Origin: Torpedo marmorata
Taxonomy: Eukaryota
Reading direction: 5' to 3'
Assembly (NCBI GenBank): GCA_977017645.1
Contig: OZ360245.1
Span: 38,068,001 to 38,132,000 of the forward strand
Length of the DNA stretch: 64,000 bases
This document shows positions 10,181 to 23,662 of this stretch, one piece after another (position 1 is the first letter of the stretch; each line of letters opens with the position of its first letter). The position numbers and the translations under genes are program-made. Under the pieces are notes generated by a model that had not been told where the DNA came from, searched no databases, and saw only the letters and a list, made by a program, of their open reading frames with translations.

Positions 10181-11692
10181 CAAACCTTACCCATCTGGCT
10201 TGCATAAGTCTCCAGACCCACCAATTGTCATTAACTCCAGTTCAACAACAGTTAGAGATGGACAATAAATACTGGCGCTGGTCAGCAACATTCACATCCC
10301 AATAGACGAGCTGCTCATGAAATGCCCTCTTAGTTCATGGGACTTCGGACCACGGACGCTTCACTCCAAACTCGATCACAAAGAGGCCAGGGGGGTGAAT
10401 GAATGTCATGAGGTGGGGAGACCACATGATCAAATCTCTCGGCAATTCTTAAAACTCTTGAAAAGTTGCATCAACTATACCGAGACGTAGAATATGACCG
10501 AACAGTACAGGACCTTCGGCCCACGATGTTGTTCCGACCTACGAGACGTTGCGTCCGTTGTCAGGCTGAGATGCAGGACGAGGTGTTACAATCCCTGAAG
10601 TTTCCGTATTGGTTAGATGGATCCTCTCTCATCGATTCGTTTTTGGGGTTTCCAATCTGTGAGACACTTGTGGAACGGCCAGCTCGGTTGTTAAGGTGCA
10701 GACGTTGCTTCATGGTTGGTCCTTTGTTTTACCCTCGTCTCCGTTGCGTATTGAAGCAGCACATTGCCAAGACGTTCAGAAAATGCAAACTACTTCTTTT
10801 TAAACTCTGCACATCGCATCAATCTGAGTCAGGCTCACTCTGTGACAGTGTGAGGCAGAAGCAATCAATAAAACGCAATTTACTTAACTGTTAAACTGCA
10901 GTAAATCCGAAGCCTCCCGTTTTTTTAAACCCACCCCTCTCTGTTCCTCCTTCCTCTCTCCCCACCCCTCTTGCATTAGCTCGCTGGCTGCAGGTACTGT
11001 CTCCGAGGAGCCCCGCCCCAACTCTGTCATCTGCAAATGCTTTGTTACGGCACGGATTTTTGTTTTAAGTGAGATCACCGCCTCAACGTTTGATGAGTCT
11101 GGTCTAGTCACCGAAAAGCCTGCAAGAGACTCCAGTCTTTGCGATCCGTGGCAGTGCAAATTAGCTTCAGCCTGCTTCGGGTTCAGCACAAAACAGGATT
11201 GGTGTGCGAGTGCTGTTAAGCATGAACAGTTGCAGTTTCAGAGAGGCTTATCATGGGAATTAGGTGTATCCGTGGAGAGGGACAGAGTAATCTAATACGA
11301 GGTGACCTTTTGTTGGCTCAAATTTGACTTGCTGTTGTGTTATCGGTCAGAGCAATAACAAGCGTTGCCATCTGTGTGACTGGGGATTAACTGGGGAAAT
11401 TGTACACCACTGATCGCATGCTGAAAGGAAGCCGCTGTGTAGACGAGAGAGCCAGGCTGTCTGGAGGGCCACTCAGATGCCTGCTTGCAGCTTGAAACCA
11501 GTTGGTCTTCACCATCCATTCGCGGGGCTCTTGTGTACCAGAGGATTTCTGTGCGGTTGCCGGCGTGTCCGATTCCAGCGCTCCTCCACAGCGCTCTTTA
11601 TCAGTACACTAGCATAGCTGTTTGGGCATCGGGGAGAGAAACAGTTACTTTGGACAGGGAATATTCTTGGAGCTCTGCTCATTTCTGGATGT

Positions 11693-11724
<32 letters not shown>

Positions 11725-11737
11725 CATATATATATGT
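11693..11737. repeat. (TA)n microsatellite
   Basis: tatatatatatatatatatatttatatatatacatatatatg. Confidence 0.9.
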
Positions 11738-14700
11738 ATCTGTTAACACACAAATGCATCATTTCGATTGAGATCTTGGGATGTACATTGGGATCTGAGA
11801 CTTGCAGTGCTCTCTTCGGCGGTGAGTCTGAATTCTTACTCAAATCAGTACATTCAAATAACAAATAAAATGCATGCAAGTTCCGAAAGCAAAGCGTTGC
11901 CCCTCTTGTTCGCCGTAAACCCACCTCTTCTATGTGTTGTCAAGACCCCGTCCGGTGTTATAGCACCGAAAAACGTTGAACATAAGACGCGTTATGCACT
12001 GTGGCTGAGGAATAACTGTTTCCGATCTGTCCCGAATACTGGGGAAAGGGTGGAGGTTAGATTAACTCTAAAACATATCCTGAATCGCCTTGATCGCTTC
12101 TGCTACATATTTTTGTGTGGGTGGGGTGGGGGGGGGGGGTTATCGCTATTTCAGAAAGGAATTCATCCATAACAGGGATGGTAGAATTGACGAAACGGTC
12201 TATTTGGAAGGATTTGCCGCCGCCGTAACATTTGTATGTACTTTAGTGCACGCGTTATCGGCATTTGTTCGCTGCTGTACATTTGGCGGATGGGGCGAAA
12301 ATGTGCAGATTTTTCATTGCAAGTGGAAGAGTTCTGTCAAAGAGTAATCCGAACAGCCAACCTCTGTACAAGTGCAAACTGCACTTTCTCCGAATGAATT
12401 ATGAAATTGTTCTTCAGATCGGGTCGTGCCGTCAGCGACAACTGTTGTAACGAGAGTGCAGGGAATGACTTTGAGGAACAGAAATTACAACCTGACACCT
12501 AATGATTCATTAATTCTGCAATGAATGGAAGAGAATGTTGAAGAAATTCTTGAAGCCTTTTATCACAGTTCTCGCTAATCGCACTCTGGCTCTTCCTGTA
12601 GAGCCCCGTTGAAATGGAGGGGGAAAATTGTCCGTAATAAAGATGGAGTTTAAAAGATTTACTGTGTGGCGGTCAGGGTTAAGCAGCCAGTGCAGCGGCA
12701 CTTCATCATGCAAGAGACATTGGAGATTATCTGCTCTGCTTGGATGCATTATCATAAAAAGTGATTTAAAACTGATTGATGCAAATGGTTCTGAGTTCTT
12801 TTTTTAAAAAATCATTAATGGACTCATTCAGTGGCCAGAGGCAGTGATTAAGGCTGTCACTTCGGGGCAGCTCATTAAAGGCAAAGGTGGAACAGTTGGA
12901 GGGAGTCGTCGGTTTTCAGATCGGATGTTTCAAAGATAAACCCCACCACCTCACGGGTTGCTGAGGGATTTTAGCATCTGCCAAACAAATTACAGTATGT
13001 TTGATATCTTGAGACTGGCACGCTGGACCTGGTCTTATTCTGACGGGGGGGCACAATAGGTCAGATCAGCATCCCTGCTGATCTGAGTGCTGTGCAAGTG
13101 TGAAATGGCAGGCCGAGCTGAAGGACGCCGTTGACAGGAATCGGGGCATGATGTTTAATTTCTTCCTGCATGAAGGGATGGGATTGGGAAGTAAAACCTT
13201 AACTTTAGTCTTCTGGCCAAAGCACACACTGATGCCATCTTCCCCAGTTTTTCCTCAGGTTTGTTTTAAATAGAGACATCTCACTACAAAGAAAGAAACG
13301 TGCAAACTGCGTTTCAAATGCAATTAATGCTACAAATTTATGCAGGCAAAACAAAGTCTTACGTGCTATTTACAACGGATAGAGAGGATTCGATATTTCC
13401 TAAATTGCAGACTCGCTCAGTATTGAACGCGGGATTTTTGATTTCCACCTCAGTGCGCTCGTACTTGATAAATGAACAACCATCCATTTCTACAGACTCT
13501 GCGACAGTAATCGTGCACCATCTGCATAATAGAGGTCGAGTTGTGAGATTGTATATTCCGGTATTTGCACAGTGCTCGATGCCATTTCTCAACCTAAGAG
13601 TCCTTTTCCAGTGCTGCTTCTGTGCGTCCTGACCAGCAATCGTGTGAGGGGGAAGTCTCCCGTGCAGGCAATGAAAGAAATCTGCTGCAAGGTTTCGAAC
13701 TCACCAAAGATACCAATGCTAGCGGACTCTTTGAACTGCAAATAACACGACTCTACTGAGACCAATTTCATAAAAATTTGAAGCCTGTTTTTATTGGCCA
13801 TTAAAGCAACCTTTATTTTATAAGGGAATGTTGCAGTAATTGCTTTTTACCAAGAGTACTTGAAAGAGAAGCCATTCTGGTGTTGTCCGCCGGGATTCAA
13901 TGGCGCAATTAATTTTGCTCCATCTGTTCTTGGGACTTTAAAGGAAAATGGATTTTTTTTGGATGTTGAGTGTATTTTAATGAAGAAGATAAAGCGTGGC
14001 GTTGATGCCCCACAGGCTTGGTGCAGTGAGTTCAAATTATTGCTTAGTCTGTCAGGACTGGCTGCTCCCTCCGAGGCTGACATGACAGGCAGCCAGGGTC
14101 TGCCCTAAAGTGTGCCATTCTCGGTGACAAACGGCCGCTTGGCTTCTGGTAAGACGCTATTAAAATGTCATTCTCGAATGACGAAGAGTCCAGGTGGGTC
14201 CCTGCTGGACACAAGATGCTTTCACTTCGAGCTGATGTCTCACCACAGGACTTTATCAGCACCGCACCGTCCTATTGATACTGTTTTCACATCTTATTAC
14301 CAGGCAGGGGAGGGAGGGAGGGGGGAATCTGCTCTGCTGCTTCATAGTCCATTATCTTTAAGCGTAGTGGTTCAAGGATAAAGCTTTATTGCTTTGAAGC
14401 TTTATTCAGTCAGTGGCATTGGCTTCGAAGGCAATTCTTTATCCTACAATCTTTCTTTATAATAAAGGCCGTTTCATTGACCGCTGCTACTTGTAACTTT
14501 AATAACTATTTCCAAAGAGCCATTCAGTTTACCGCACATGTTATTGAACATGCCACCAGAAATTCAATTTTCCTGGTCAATCCCTCTGTAAATTACAGAA
14601 GACCTTTCTACTGAAGGGTCATAACATTTGGTTCTACTAATGCAATGTTCAATGTAAGAATTCTTTTTTAAATTAATTTGTTGGAGATTTATGCAGCACA

Positions 14701-17700
14701 AGGTCTAATTTGGAGCATAATGATATTTAATGTTCCGTTTTTATAGTTTATCAGCACAGAAAATAGCGTTTATCTGTTAAAAAAAAAACTGAACTGATTT
14801 TGTTTTCATATTGATCACTGAGCACATTCCCTAATGAAAGAACTAAAGCCGTTTCCGTTCCGTTCCCAATTCCAATAATAAAAATACATTTGAAATCCAT
14901 TAATACAATTTGAAATATTTGCGCAGATCACTTGTCAGGAACTCAGTTGATTCTCGAAAAGTGTCTCCAGTTTCTCTTTTGTAAGATGTGAAGGTGAGTT
15001 CAGAGCAGTGCCCCTTTACATTTCATCTGGACATGCTAATTTGATAAGGCAGCGTGAAACTTTCAGTAAAGTGTAGACTTTATGCCCTTGTTAGTTCCCA
15101 GTTACATTCACCTATTTCAGAGAAGCCTTTGGAATGAAATCTTTTGGCTGTACTTAGTTTAATAGCAGAGCAGCTTGTGGCTTGAAGGTTAATTGGTAAT
15201 CTATTTAATTATTAGATCTCAGTACTCCTTAATAAATATTTGCTGTCAAACTACAATGCACTGCAATTGGCCGTGACAAGCCAAACGCTTTAGCGTGTTG
15301 ATTTCCTTTGAGTGTGGCTGGGGCATAATAGTGAAAGAATGTGCATAAATGGGTTATAAGTGCCTCTCTGCTGGCTTACTTGCTCCCTTCCAAGGTGCAA
15401 GGTTCAGTGCCCCTGACATTGCTGCTGATATGTTAAATATTTATTGTATCTTCGGGAATCTCATCACTGCATAATGTTAAAACAGAGTGCCCAAAATTCA
15501 CCTCATGAACATGTCATGTGCTGTAACGAACAACATCCTTGAGGCTATTTTGTGAAGTTTATAACCTCACTGGAAATGCCAGCATATCTGTGAGTCGCAT
15601 TCAAACCCCTGTCCTACTCTTTCCTTTCTGCCTCAAAAACCACCCCATTTGCCTTTTAATCTGCCACTGAGAAAACGTTCAAGGTGTGTGCAGTTGGATA
15701 TTTAACAGAATGGTACTGTGAGGATGTTTTGGGAACAATGCTGAGAGCTTTTGTAGATTTATTTTAACCTCATATTGCATTGAAATTGGACAAAATTTCA
15801 GCACCTTGTATATCTTGAGGATGTCCCAGATCATTTCAGTCCATGCCAGATTTTGTGAAATAGCAGCTAATTTATGTCAACAATGATAGAAATTGAGTAT
15901 TTTAGAAATAGAAGGGTAAAGCATTTGTTCCAAAATGTGATAGGATTCGTATCCAATTGTGGAAAAGATGTTTTTCTCTTCTATGTGGCTTTACACGTAT
16001 TTATTTGACTAGCTTTACTAATTCAAAATGGTGATAATAGAGGTTGGGACAAGTGTGTAAATGAATTTAAGATTCATCTGTGCACCTTGGCTCGTATTCA
16101 TGTTAAAGCAACACTTATGGAGGACCATCGATCAGTACTACTTGGAATTATTTCACTCATACCGAACACCTTCACATCTCCAGAGAAATATTGACACCAT
16201 TTACCACTCAAAAATTTTCAGCATTATGATGAGTTTTTTTTCCCGAGTAAGAGAACTACAGCAACCTAATGGCTATGAATGCTCTCATTGGGAGGATGAA
16301 CAATGTGGACGCATTAATGTTTAACTTCTGCCTGCCTTCTTCGATTATATGACTGAACAGCACTTTGCAACAATTCAATGAGTCTTTTTTGTAACTGGTA
16401 AGAATAAACCAATAATTCACAACTTTTTAAAAATCACAGCATTGTTTATCTTTAATGTGTCAGCACACAGGTTTACCAACTTTACAATGATTCCTCTTTC
16501 ATTTTCCATATGAGCTTTCCCGATTATAAAGGCATCCTGTGCTTTTGAATAGTGATATTGCAATGCTGAATCTTGAATGACAATAGTAAGCTTTACCTGG
16601 AGTCCAGAGAAGTGTTTTATTTTGAGATAGCCTGCTAGTTTGCAGCCATTGGTGGTAAATATGTAGCACAGTGATAGCTGCTGACCATAGTGCAGACTGA
16701 AAATGGTTCTTTTGCCCGCAGCATAATCCTGTAAACATTAAAATCCTTTGTCTCCTGCTGTACAAATCTGGATTTTATTTTGATTATATTCCATCGTGCC
16801 AAGAAAATTGTTGTTTTTTCTAAACCATTCCACCGCTAAAATCAACCTTATTTTAACTGTGTAAAAAAAAATTGAAAGTTTGCTATGCTCTGTATACTGT
16901 CAGCCAAACAAAAAAGGGTAAACATAAATTTACATCTAAATTTAGGCTTCAACTGGAAAATCAAGCAGACAGTAATCAGTCTGGCCTTGTTTTCTTAGGC
17001 ATGTTGGACCTTTTTTGCCTTGTACTTGGCCTCCTTCCATGCTGTTTCCCATTTTAACATTTACAGAGCTCAAGGCCCCTTAATTAATGCCACCCGACCC
17101 GCGTATGTCACTCCACTTGGACTTCCAACACCTCCACACCGAGAGCCCTGCACCCGTCTCCTCTGCACAAGGGATCCTGAGCCAGGAAACCATGCAAACT
17201 GCTCTCTGCGATCTGAGCCAAACTCCCCCAAATGAAATCTTTGAATATTGAGCTGTAAGCCGACTCCCAGAATTATCTATCAAATCAATCATTCGGCTCT
17301 ATCCATGGTGCTATCAATCTACTGATCCCATCTACTTTATATTGTAATGCAGCAAAATCACACCGTTCCAATTTTCAACTGATGTTTCATCTTTATTTGT
17401 TTCTGACCCATGTTGCTTACCGCCTTTACTTTAAAATACGAGTTTACATTAAGATCTATACACATTCATCAATTTTTTTAGAACTTTAAGAAAAAATGCT
17501 TTTAATTTAGATGCTCTACTGAAAATATGATCTCTATTCAATCTAAGTCAATAGCTTTGATATAGTACAATGTGTAATGTGGCAAATGTTCCTATTACTA
17601 AATCATTCCTTCCTTCACCATGAACAATGCCATAAAAGATCTGCAAGTAATAGAAACATTGTTTATAGCTCATACCATTGCATATTTGACTAAGTACTCT

Positions 17701-17999
17701 TGTACTAATTCTGTTTCATCTAAACAGGAATGTTATGTCTCTGATTAATTTTGTTGTTGTCCAGGTTATTTCTTCTTGCTTTATTCTTATTATAAGATTA
17801 GTTCTGCTATAATCCTCTAGCAGGTACTGTTGTTTCCTCAGTTACTACTTGCTTTCATGTACTGCGGCAATAACGGTACAGCTAAAAGTTGGATTTGCAT
17901 CATATTGGGCAGCCTTAAAGGTCCATGAAAGGTGTGGGGTTCCTTGTTCGTCTTTCAGAAATTTCAACACAAAAAAATCTCCACTAACACCCACCATCG

Positions 18000-18567
18000 C
18001 TGGATAAATAAATACTTCTTAATATTATGTAATATTTCTGTGTTCGGCACAGAAGTGCATAAAGCTGAGATAAATCAACACATTAAATTCTGTGATGTGT
18101 ACCTACTGAGAGAGTATTAAGGTTATGTTAACCCATGGCCCTATCTGTCGTCTGAGCAATCCATGACGTTATTTAAAGAAGGATAGCAAGATTATCAGTT
18201 TCATACCAACCAGCATTACTAGAACAGGATTAGCAATCATAATGGCATTGATGCTTTTTGGGAGCTGGCAGTGTGGAAATTAGCTGTCACTTATTCTACA
18301 CTACGACAGTAACTGCAGCACAATATTGCTTGATTATAAAGTGGTTAGGTTATCTTGAGGTGTGAAATGTTACACCAATCCAAGTTCTTTTTAAAAAAAT
18401 ACATTTAAAATGTTCCTGTCATTTATAAAACAAATCATTCAACTTTGAAGGTAATATTACTGGATAAATAAATAATATTATGTAATATATCTGTGTTTGG
18501 CACAGAAGTGCATAAAGCTGCGATAAATCATCACATCGTGGCATTAAATTCTGTGATGTGTAGCTAC
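18000..18567 (+). repeat. ~107-bp direct duplication (18000-18106 and 18460-18567)
   Basis: Both copies read ctggataaataaata...aatattatgtaatat.tctgtgtt.ggcacagaagtgcataaagctg.gataaatca...cattaaattctgtgatgtgta.ctac. Confidence 0.9.
18140..18392 (+). mobile_element. Diverged DeuSINE (SacSINE1/AmnSINE1-like) remnant
   Basis: ccatgacgttatttaaagaagga...tgggagctggcagtgtggaaattagctg...ctacactacgacagtaact...caagttcttttt follows the Deu-domain/3' tail consensus as I recall it. Confidence 0.55.
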
Positions 18568-19691
18568 CACTCAGTGTTTTAACTACCTACCATCTGTCAT
18601 GTTCTTCAATAGGTGCTTCAGCACAGAAAACAGCTGGCACTGAACTGAGTCCTGATAAACTATCTCCAGACTAGTTCAGCCATTGAGCAATTTTTTTGCT
18701 GTAAATATTAAATAAATGAATGCCTATAAAGTCGTTAACCTAAATGAACAAATGGTCTTTTACTACATTGCAACCATTTTTAACTGTTCAGATTACAGTG
18801 CAGCAGAGTTGGATGACAAGAGTAAAAAGATTATAACTGCACATCATATTTACTAATATATAGTTAGGAAAGGTGTCTGAATTCAGAATATTCAGACTGG
18901 CTTGTTGATTGGCCTAATCCTGTCGCTATGGTGAGCTGGAAACATTCAAAACAGCTTGGATTTTCGGTTTAAACTTTATGCAAAAGTGGAAATGAATAGA
19001 GGTTTGGATTAGATTGATTTAAGAGGCATTTATTGTAGAATGAAGTTTTGATGTTTTCAAACCAATTCCGACACTGAGGAATTGTCACCACAGTTACCAA
19101 CACTACCAATGAGAGCAATGGGGCACTGATATTCATGACCCAGTGCCTTTGATTGACCAACCACCAATGTTCCCTTCATCTAGACAATGTGCCTTTTGTC
19201 TTCTTTTGGGGTGTGTTGGTCACTGTGGGAGAGGCGAGGAGGAAAAGAAATAATCTCAGCTACGATCAAGGCAACAATCAATTATGCCGGTGTCTGCATG
19301 TCTACCATGACATCATAATGTTGCTGACTGCTTTTTGTTTCAGTTGTAAACCATTATGAATTGAAACAGTATTTTTATTTACCTTTGCGGGAGGCTAACT
19401 TGAGAAAATAGCAGTGTTTATTTCAATGAAACTGTTGCATTCGTTATTTTTTTCTTATTTGTCCGAGAGCGACCCATGAAAGGATGTTAAAACCGAATCT
19501 TTCTGCTGTACACCAACAGCCCCTGAAAGCAACAACAATCATCAAAAACTAGTCAACAGCTGAGGCGCTGGTTAGCGGCAAATCAGAGTTAATGAGTTTA
19601 CAAGTAAGGCTTTGAATGTGCAATTGGAGTGCGGGCGTGGAGAGGATTTGTCGCTGTGCCTTCCCCTCCCCTCGCTCACTCAGCCACTCAC

Positions 19692-19867
19692 CTTGGAGGC
19701 GGCTTCTCGCCTCACACTGGGCAGCAGGTGCGAGGCATCCTCGCCTTGCTCAAATGGTTATTAGCTGATGATGAGCGAGACAAATCTCCGGTCATCCATC
19801 CAACTGCGAGGCTTCGGAGGTCATCGAATCCAGCATTCCCGGGAGAGCAAGAGATTATATAGTTTAC
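19692..19867 (-). other. Candidate non-coding exon (176 nt)
   Basis: Minus-strand acceptor cttttcaatttcagtttgcag|G and donor AAG|GTGAGT. Stop codons in all three frames. Confidence 0.3.
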
Positions 19868-20649
19868 CTGCAAACTGAAATTGAAAAGATCTTCAGGAGA
19901 GGGGAGTCCTGTCAAACACATCACGCTGAGGCACTTATTGTTATTTTATCGCTCTTTGTCGACAGCACAGGCAAAGGAAGAAAAAGGCTTTCATGTTTAT
20001 TCAGGGGGGTTTGGGGGAGTGAAAATCCGCAGGGTTTGATGCACGCTCTGGAATCCTCTCAGTTGCACATTTTTGGGAGAGTCCCGAAACTGCAACAGAT
20101 TTAACTTTGTCTCGCATTTACTGCAAATTTCATTTTATAGACCCCATAAATAATATACAAAAGCCACAGGCTTCATTGCGCCGTGTAGCTGCGGACCCTG
20201 TAATAACTTAAACATGTCAGATTCGGATGCCTGGAGACACAATCTCAGTGCTGGGCTGCCAGCAACACAATGGAGATTTTCTTTTACAGGCTGCAATGTG
20301 ACGTTATTAGTCACCTACCTGCCATGGTATATCACACTCGCATTCTGTTCAATCCTCGAGCACCAATTTACGGATCGTGTAACGCAGAATGTTTTTTTTA
20401 AATCGCGGCGAATTTCTGCATGGAGCCCCCGAATCTGAAGAAGATGAAAAAAGAAGGGCGATGCTGTCCTTACAACTTGTCCAATTAAAAATAGGACCAT
20501 TTACTTGAGAGCTGACGATGCTACATTTAGCATCGGTCATTTTAAAATCTCCAGAATATACGTGTGTGTACAGTGCTAAATCTTTTCATATTCCTAGTGT
20601 CGTGTTGGTGCGTATTTTGTTATTATGTCATTGTACCGCGTAGAGTTAA

Positions 20650-20925
20650 CTATTTATTGCACCATTGCCACAAATGTATCCACCTCCCAGTGTTTCTCCC
20701 CTTTCTTTTGTTGGAGAGACTTCCCCTCGGTCTCAGCCCCTCAATGTCCAGTGGTGGATCCTCGACTGTGGTCCTTCCTCACAGAGCTCTTGCGTTGTTA
20801 GCTGCACAAAGTCTCAGTGGGTCCCTCACCATGTACTCCTGCAGGCTGGAATGTGCCAGTGGGCAGCATTCCCTCACTGACATCTCTCTGTGCTGGAAGA
20901 CCAATACGTCTTGGGCAGGCCAAAG
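20650..20925 (-). mobile_element. L1/Tx1-clade LINE 3' fragment
   Basis: Minus strand translates VLVFQHREMSVRECCPLAHSSLQEYMVRDPLRLCAANNARAL*GRTTV, like Tx1 ORF2 C-termini, followed by a 3' UTR and AATAAA. A related UTR piece lies near 51115-51370. Confidence 0.65.
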
Positions 20926-21721
20926 AGAAATCACGTCTATGTAATGACATTTTCCAGCAATCTGTCAGTGACTCTCTATGGGTTCATGGTTCTTCAAGTG
21001 CTCATGCAAGCACTTTTTAAGTGCGGTGAGGATTTTGCCTCCCAACACACCAGGCATTCTGTTCCAGAATCACGATGTTCTGTGGATGAAATAATGTCCT
21101 AATTTCCTCTCTTCCCCATCTCTTAATTGCTTTAAGTTTGTTTTTTTTAAAAAATATTTTATTTTAAATTTTTTAATTTTTCACAGTAATACAACATACG
21201 TATTATACATTATTAATTCTAGTACATAGAAAAACATAATTTGTATTACAGTGTATCCAACCCCTCTCATAGCCCACCCTCTATAAAGTTGCCCACCCTC
21301 CACCCTTCCCCTCCCTTAATTCCCTCCCCTTCTAAAAACTAAAAGAAAAAATAGAAAAGGGTATTAATATTTCTTATCCAATATAACTGAACGGATCGCT
21401 GCTGGGTCCACGGCTCGACGCGTGGTATTCAACAGTATTTATTCTTTAAGTTTAAGTTTGTTGACCTGGTTTTGATTGCTCAGTGAAAGGAAATGGGTCC
21501 TTCTAATTTACTGTATTCAAATCCCCCATAATTTTATAGACTAGTTAAAATTCTTGTTTTTCCCTCGTTCTAAAAAAGACAAACCTGGTCAATCCAGTTT
21601 TTGCCCATTGATAAATTTTACGTGTTCTTTTATTATTTTTTTATTTCTTCTACACTCCCTCCAGTTCAGTCACATCTTTCATTTATCCATGTTAGCAGAA
21701 TTGTACTGTCTGCGCTGTAAA

Positions 21722-21953
21722 TTTTTTAAAATTTAGACATACAGCACGGTAACAGGCCATTTCGGCCCACGAGTCCGTGCCGCCCAATTTTACACCCAAT
21801 TAACCTACACCCTCGGTATGTTTCAAACGGTGGGTTGAAACCGGAGCCCCCGGGGAAAAATCCACGGGGAGAACGTACAAACTCCTTAGAACCCCGGTCC
21901 CGATCGCTAGCGCTGTAAAGGCGTTGTGCTAACTGCTACGCCAACCGTGCCGC
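21722..21953 (-). mobile_element. Young tRNA-derived V-SINE/HE1-like SINE
   Basis: Head gcggcacggttggcgtagc, V-domain, and CR1-like tail gggccgaaatggcctgttaccgtgctgtatgtctaaa. Confidence 0.85.
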
Positions 21954-22028
21954 TGTGTAGTTGTAGCATTGCTCCTCTGCAATAGAGAAGACTGAAAAAT
22001 TATGCTTATTTCCCTCACCCCCGCACAC

Positions 22029-22082
22029 GTGTGTGTGTGTGTGTGTGTGTGTGTATGTATAACACACACAACACACACACCC
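22029..22082. repeat. (GT)n followed by (CA)n microsatellite
   Basis: Read directly from the sequence. Confidence 0.85.
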
Positions 22083-22832
22083 ACCCACCCCCCTTCCCTT
22101 GCTTTTTTAGCAGTCTGGGATGCATTTCATCTGAGTCTGAAGATTTGTCCGCTTTCCTAGATGTTAAACTGCATAAATTAATCCTTACTTACTCTGCTCA
22201 CGCCCGAATTTAAATTTTAAATTATGATGGTAGAATTTGAGGTCCCACTTTAAGATGATTTTTCCAGGCTGATGCATTGCCACCTGTTCCTTGGGCAGTA
22301 CTTTCCCTCAGCTCGCCCTAGGTGTGTGCTTTTGGAGAGCAAATAAAGGAAATCAAAATTTGTGTATTTTGTGTACCTGACAAAAAAAGGAATCTTCAAT
22401 CTTTAGCTTGGTAATACTCATACAAAGATGCATTGCCTTATTACTTCTGTTGGAGATAGAAACTCTGATGGAGAGTGTGAACCTGGTGGAGATGACTGCT
22501 TAATCTAATTGTAGAAGTCAGTAAAGCAGTTCTTTGTTTCATAGCATGTGTAGACCTTGCAGGCACTGGAGAATGCCTTGTACCCAGGACCCATTGCAGA
22601 CCACAATTGACTGCAATTTTGTCACTTAACTAAGCAATGAAACTATCTATTACAATGCAGATGTTTATGGGGTCACTAAACAGCTTCTATCATGACTTCC
22701 ACTTCTTTCACCACAGACTGCCAGCCCTTCCCCAATTCCTATTGCAATTAAGAAAAAACTTCTGTAGTGCTGTTGTATGATTTGCCTCAGAGATGACTCA
22801 GCAGGTCAGGCAGCATCTGTCAGACATAGTTA

Positions 22833-23023
22833 AAGGTAAAGGTTCCATTATTGTCACGTAATACTACATTTAGAATGTTACATACATGAAATTCTTTAAT
22901 TTTTGTCTACTGTAAGGCAGACAGAGGGTCGCTATTTTGTCCAGCGCCCCTCACAGAAACCTACAGCACCTGGTGTTCCTTGGCGGTCTCCCCTCCAAGT
23001 ACTGACCAGTCATGTGCCTGCTT
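22833..23023 (-). mobile_element. 5S rRNA-derived SINE (SINE3-type), 5'-truncated
   Basis: Minus strand matches the 5S rRNA 3' half (taagcagg...ctggtcagtacttggaggggagaccgcc...ccaggtgctgtagg), then a ~125-nt body ending in an ACCTTT repeat tail. Second copy at 61755-61952. Confidence 0.85.
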
Positions 23024-23662
23024 AACTTTCAGGTTGACAATTCATCAGGTGTGCATGACAGAGGTTCCTTTGGATGACTAATAGTGTAGATGTTAATATC
23101 CTGGTGAAATTCTGCTATTTACAATTTTCCAAACAGAGAGCGATTCATAGACTTAAACATCAGCTATGTGTGGGGGGTGGCGGGGGAGGGGGGGTGGTGT
23201 AAGGGAACATGTTGATACAGCCTTCCTTGTCCTTTCACAGGTTGTCATTTTGTTGGTTACATTCCCAGTTCTGTGACATTCTGTGCAAAAGCTATGGAAA
23301 AATGAGAGTTGACAGGAATTTCAGTCAAAATCCAAAATAATTAGCAGTAATTAATGGAGAAATAAATCTTTTAAAATAACTGAAAAAAGATGTTGTTGCA
23401 ACTGTTGGTGCTGCAGTTAAATCATTAAATGAAGAGTCATGCTGTTCAAAGATACTGGCAATAGTCAACGTTTTACTGGTATAAAATTAAACTATATATT
23501 ATTCATTGGTTTAAAATCATTCAATTCAGGGCATAACATGAAATAATCTAACAGCCATAATTTATTATGCATTGTCCTTTCTTTGTTTTTTTTAATAAAA
23601 CCATCTATGGCCATTCCTGGCAGAGTCCGATCATGCTCCTATGAAGCCACCTTACAATATTA

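Noticed and set aside
22955-23023. Functional 5S rRNA gene
   Set aside because: Only the 3' ~70 nt are present, diverged and fused to a SINE body; the same holds at 61880-61952.
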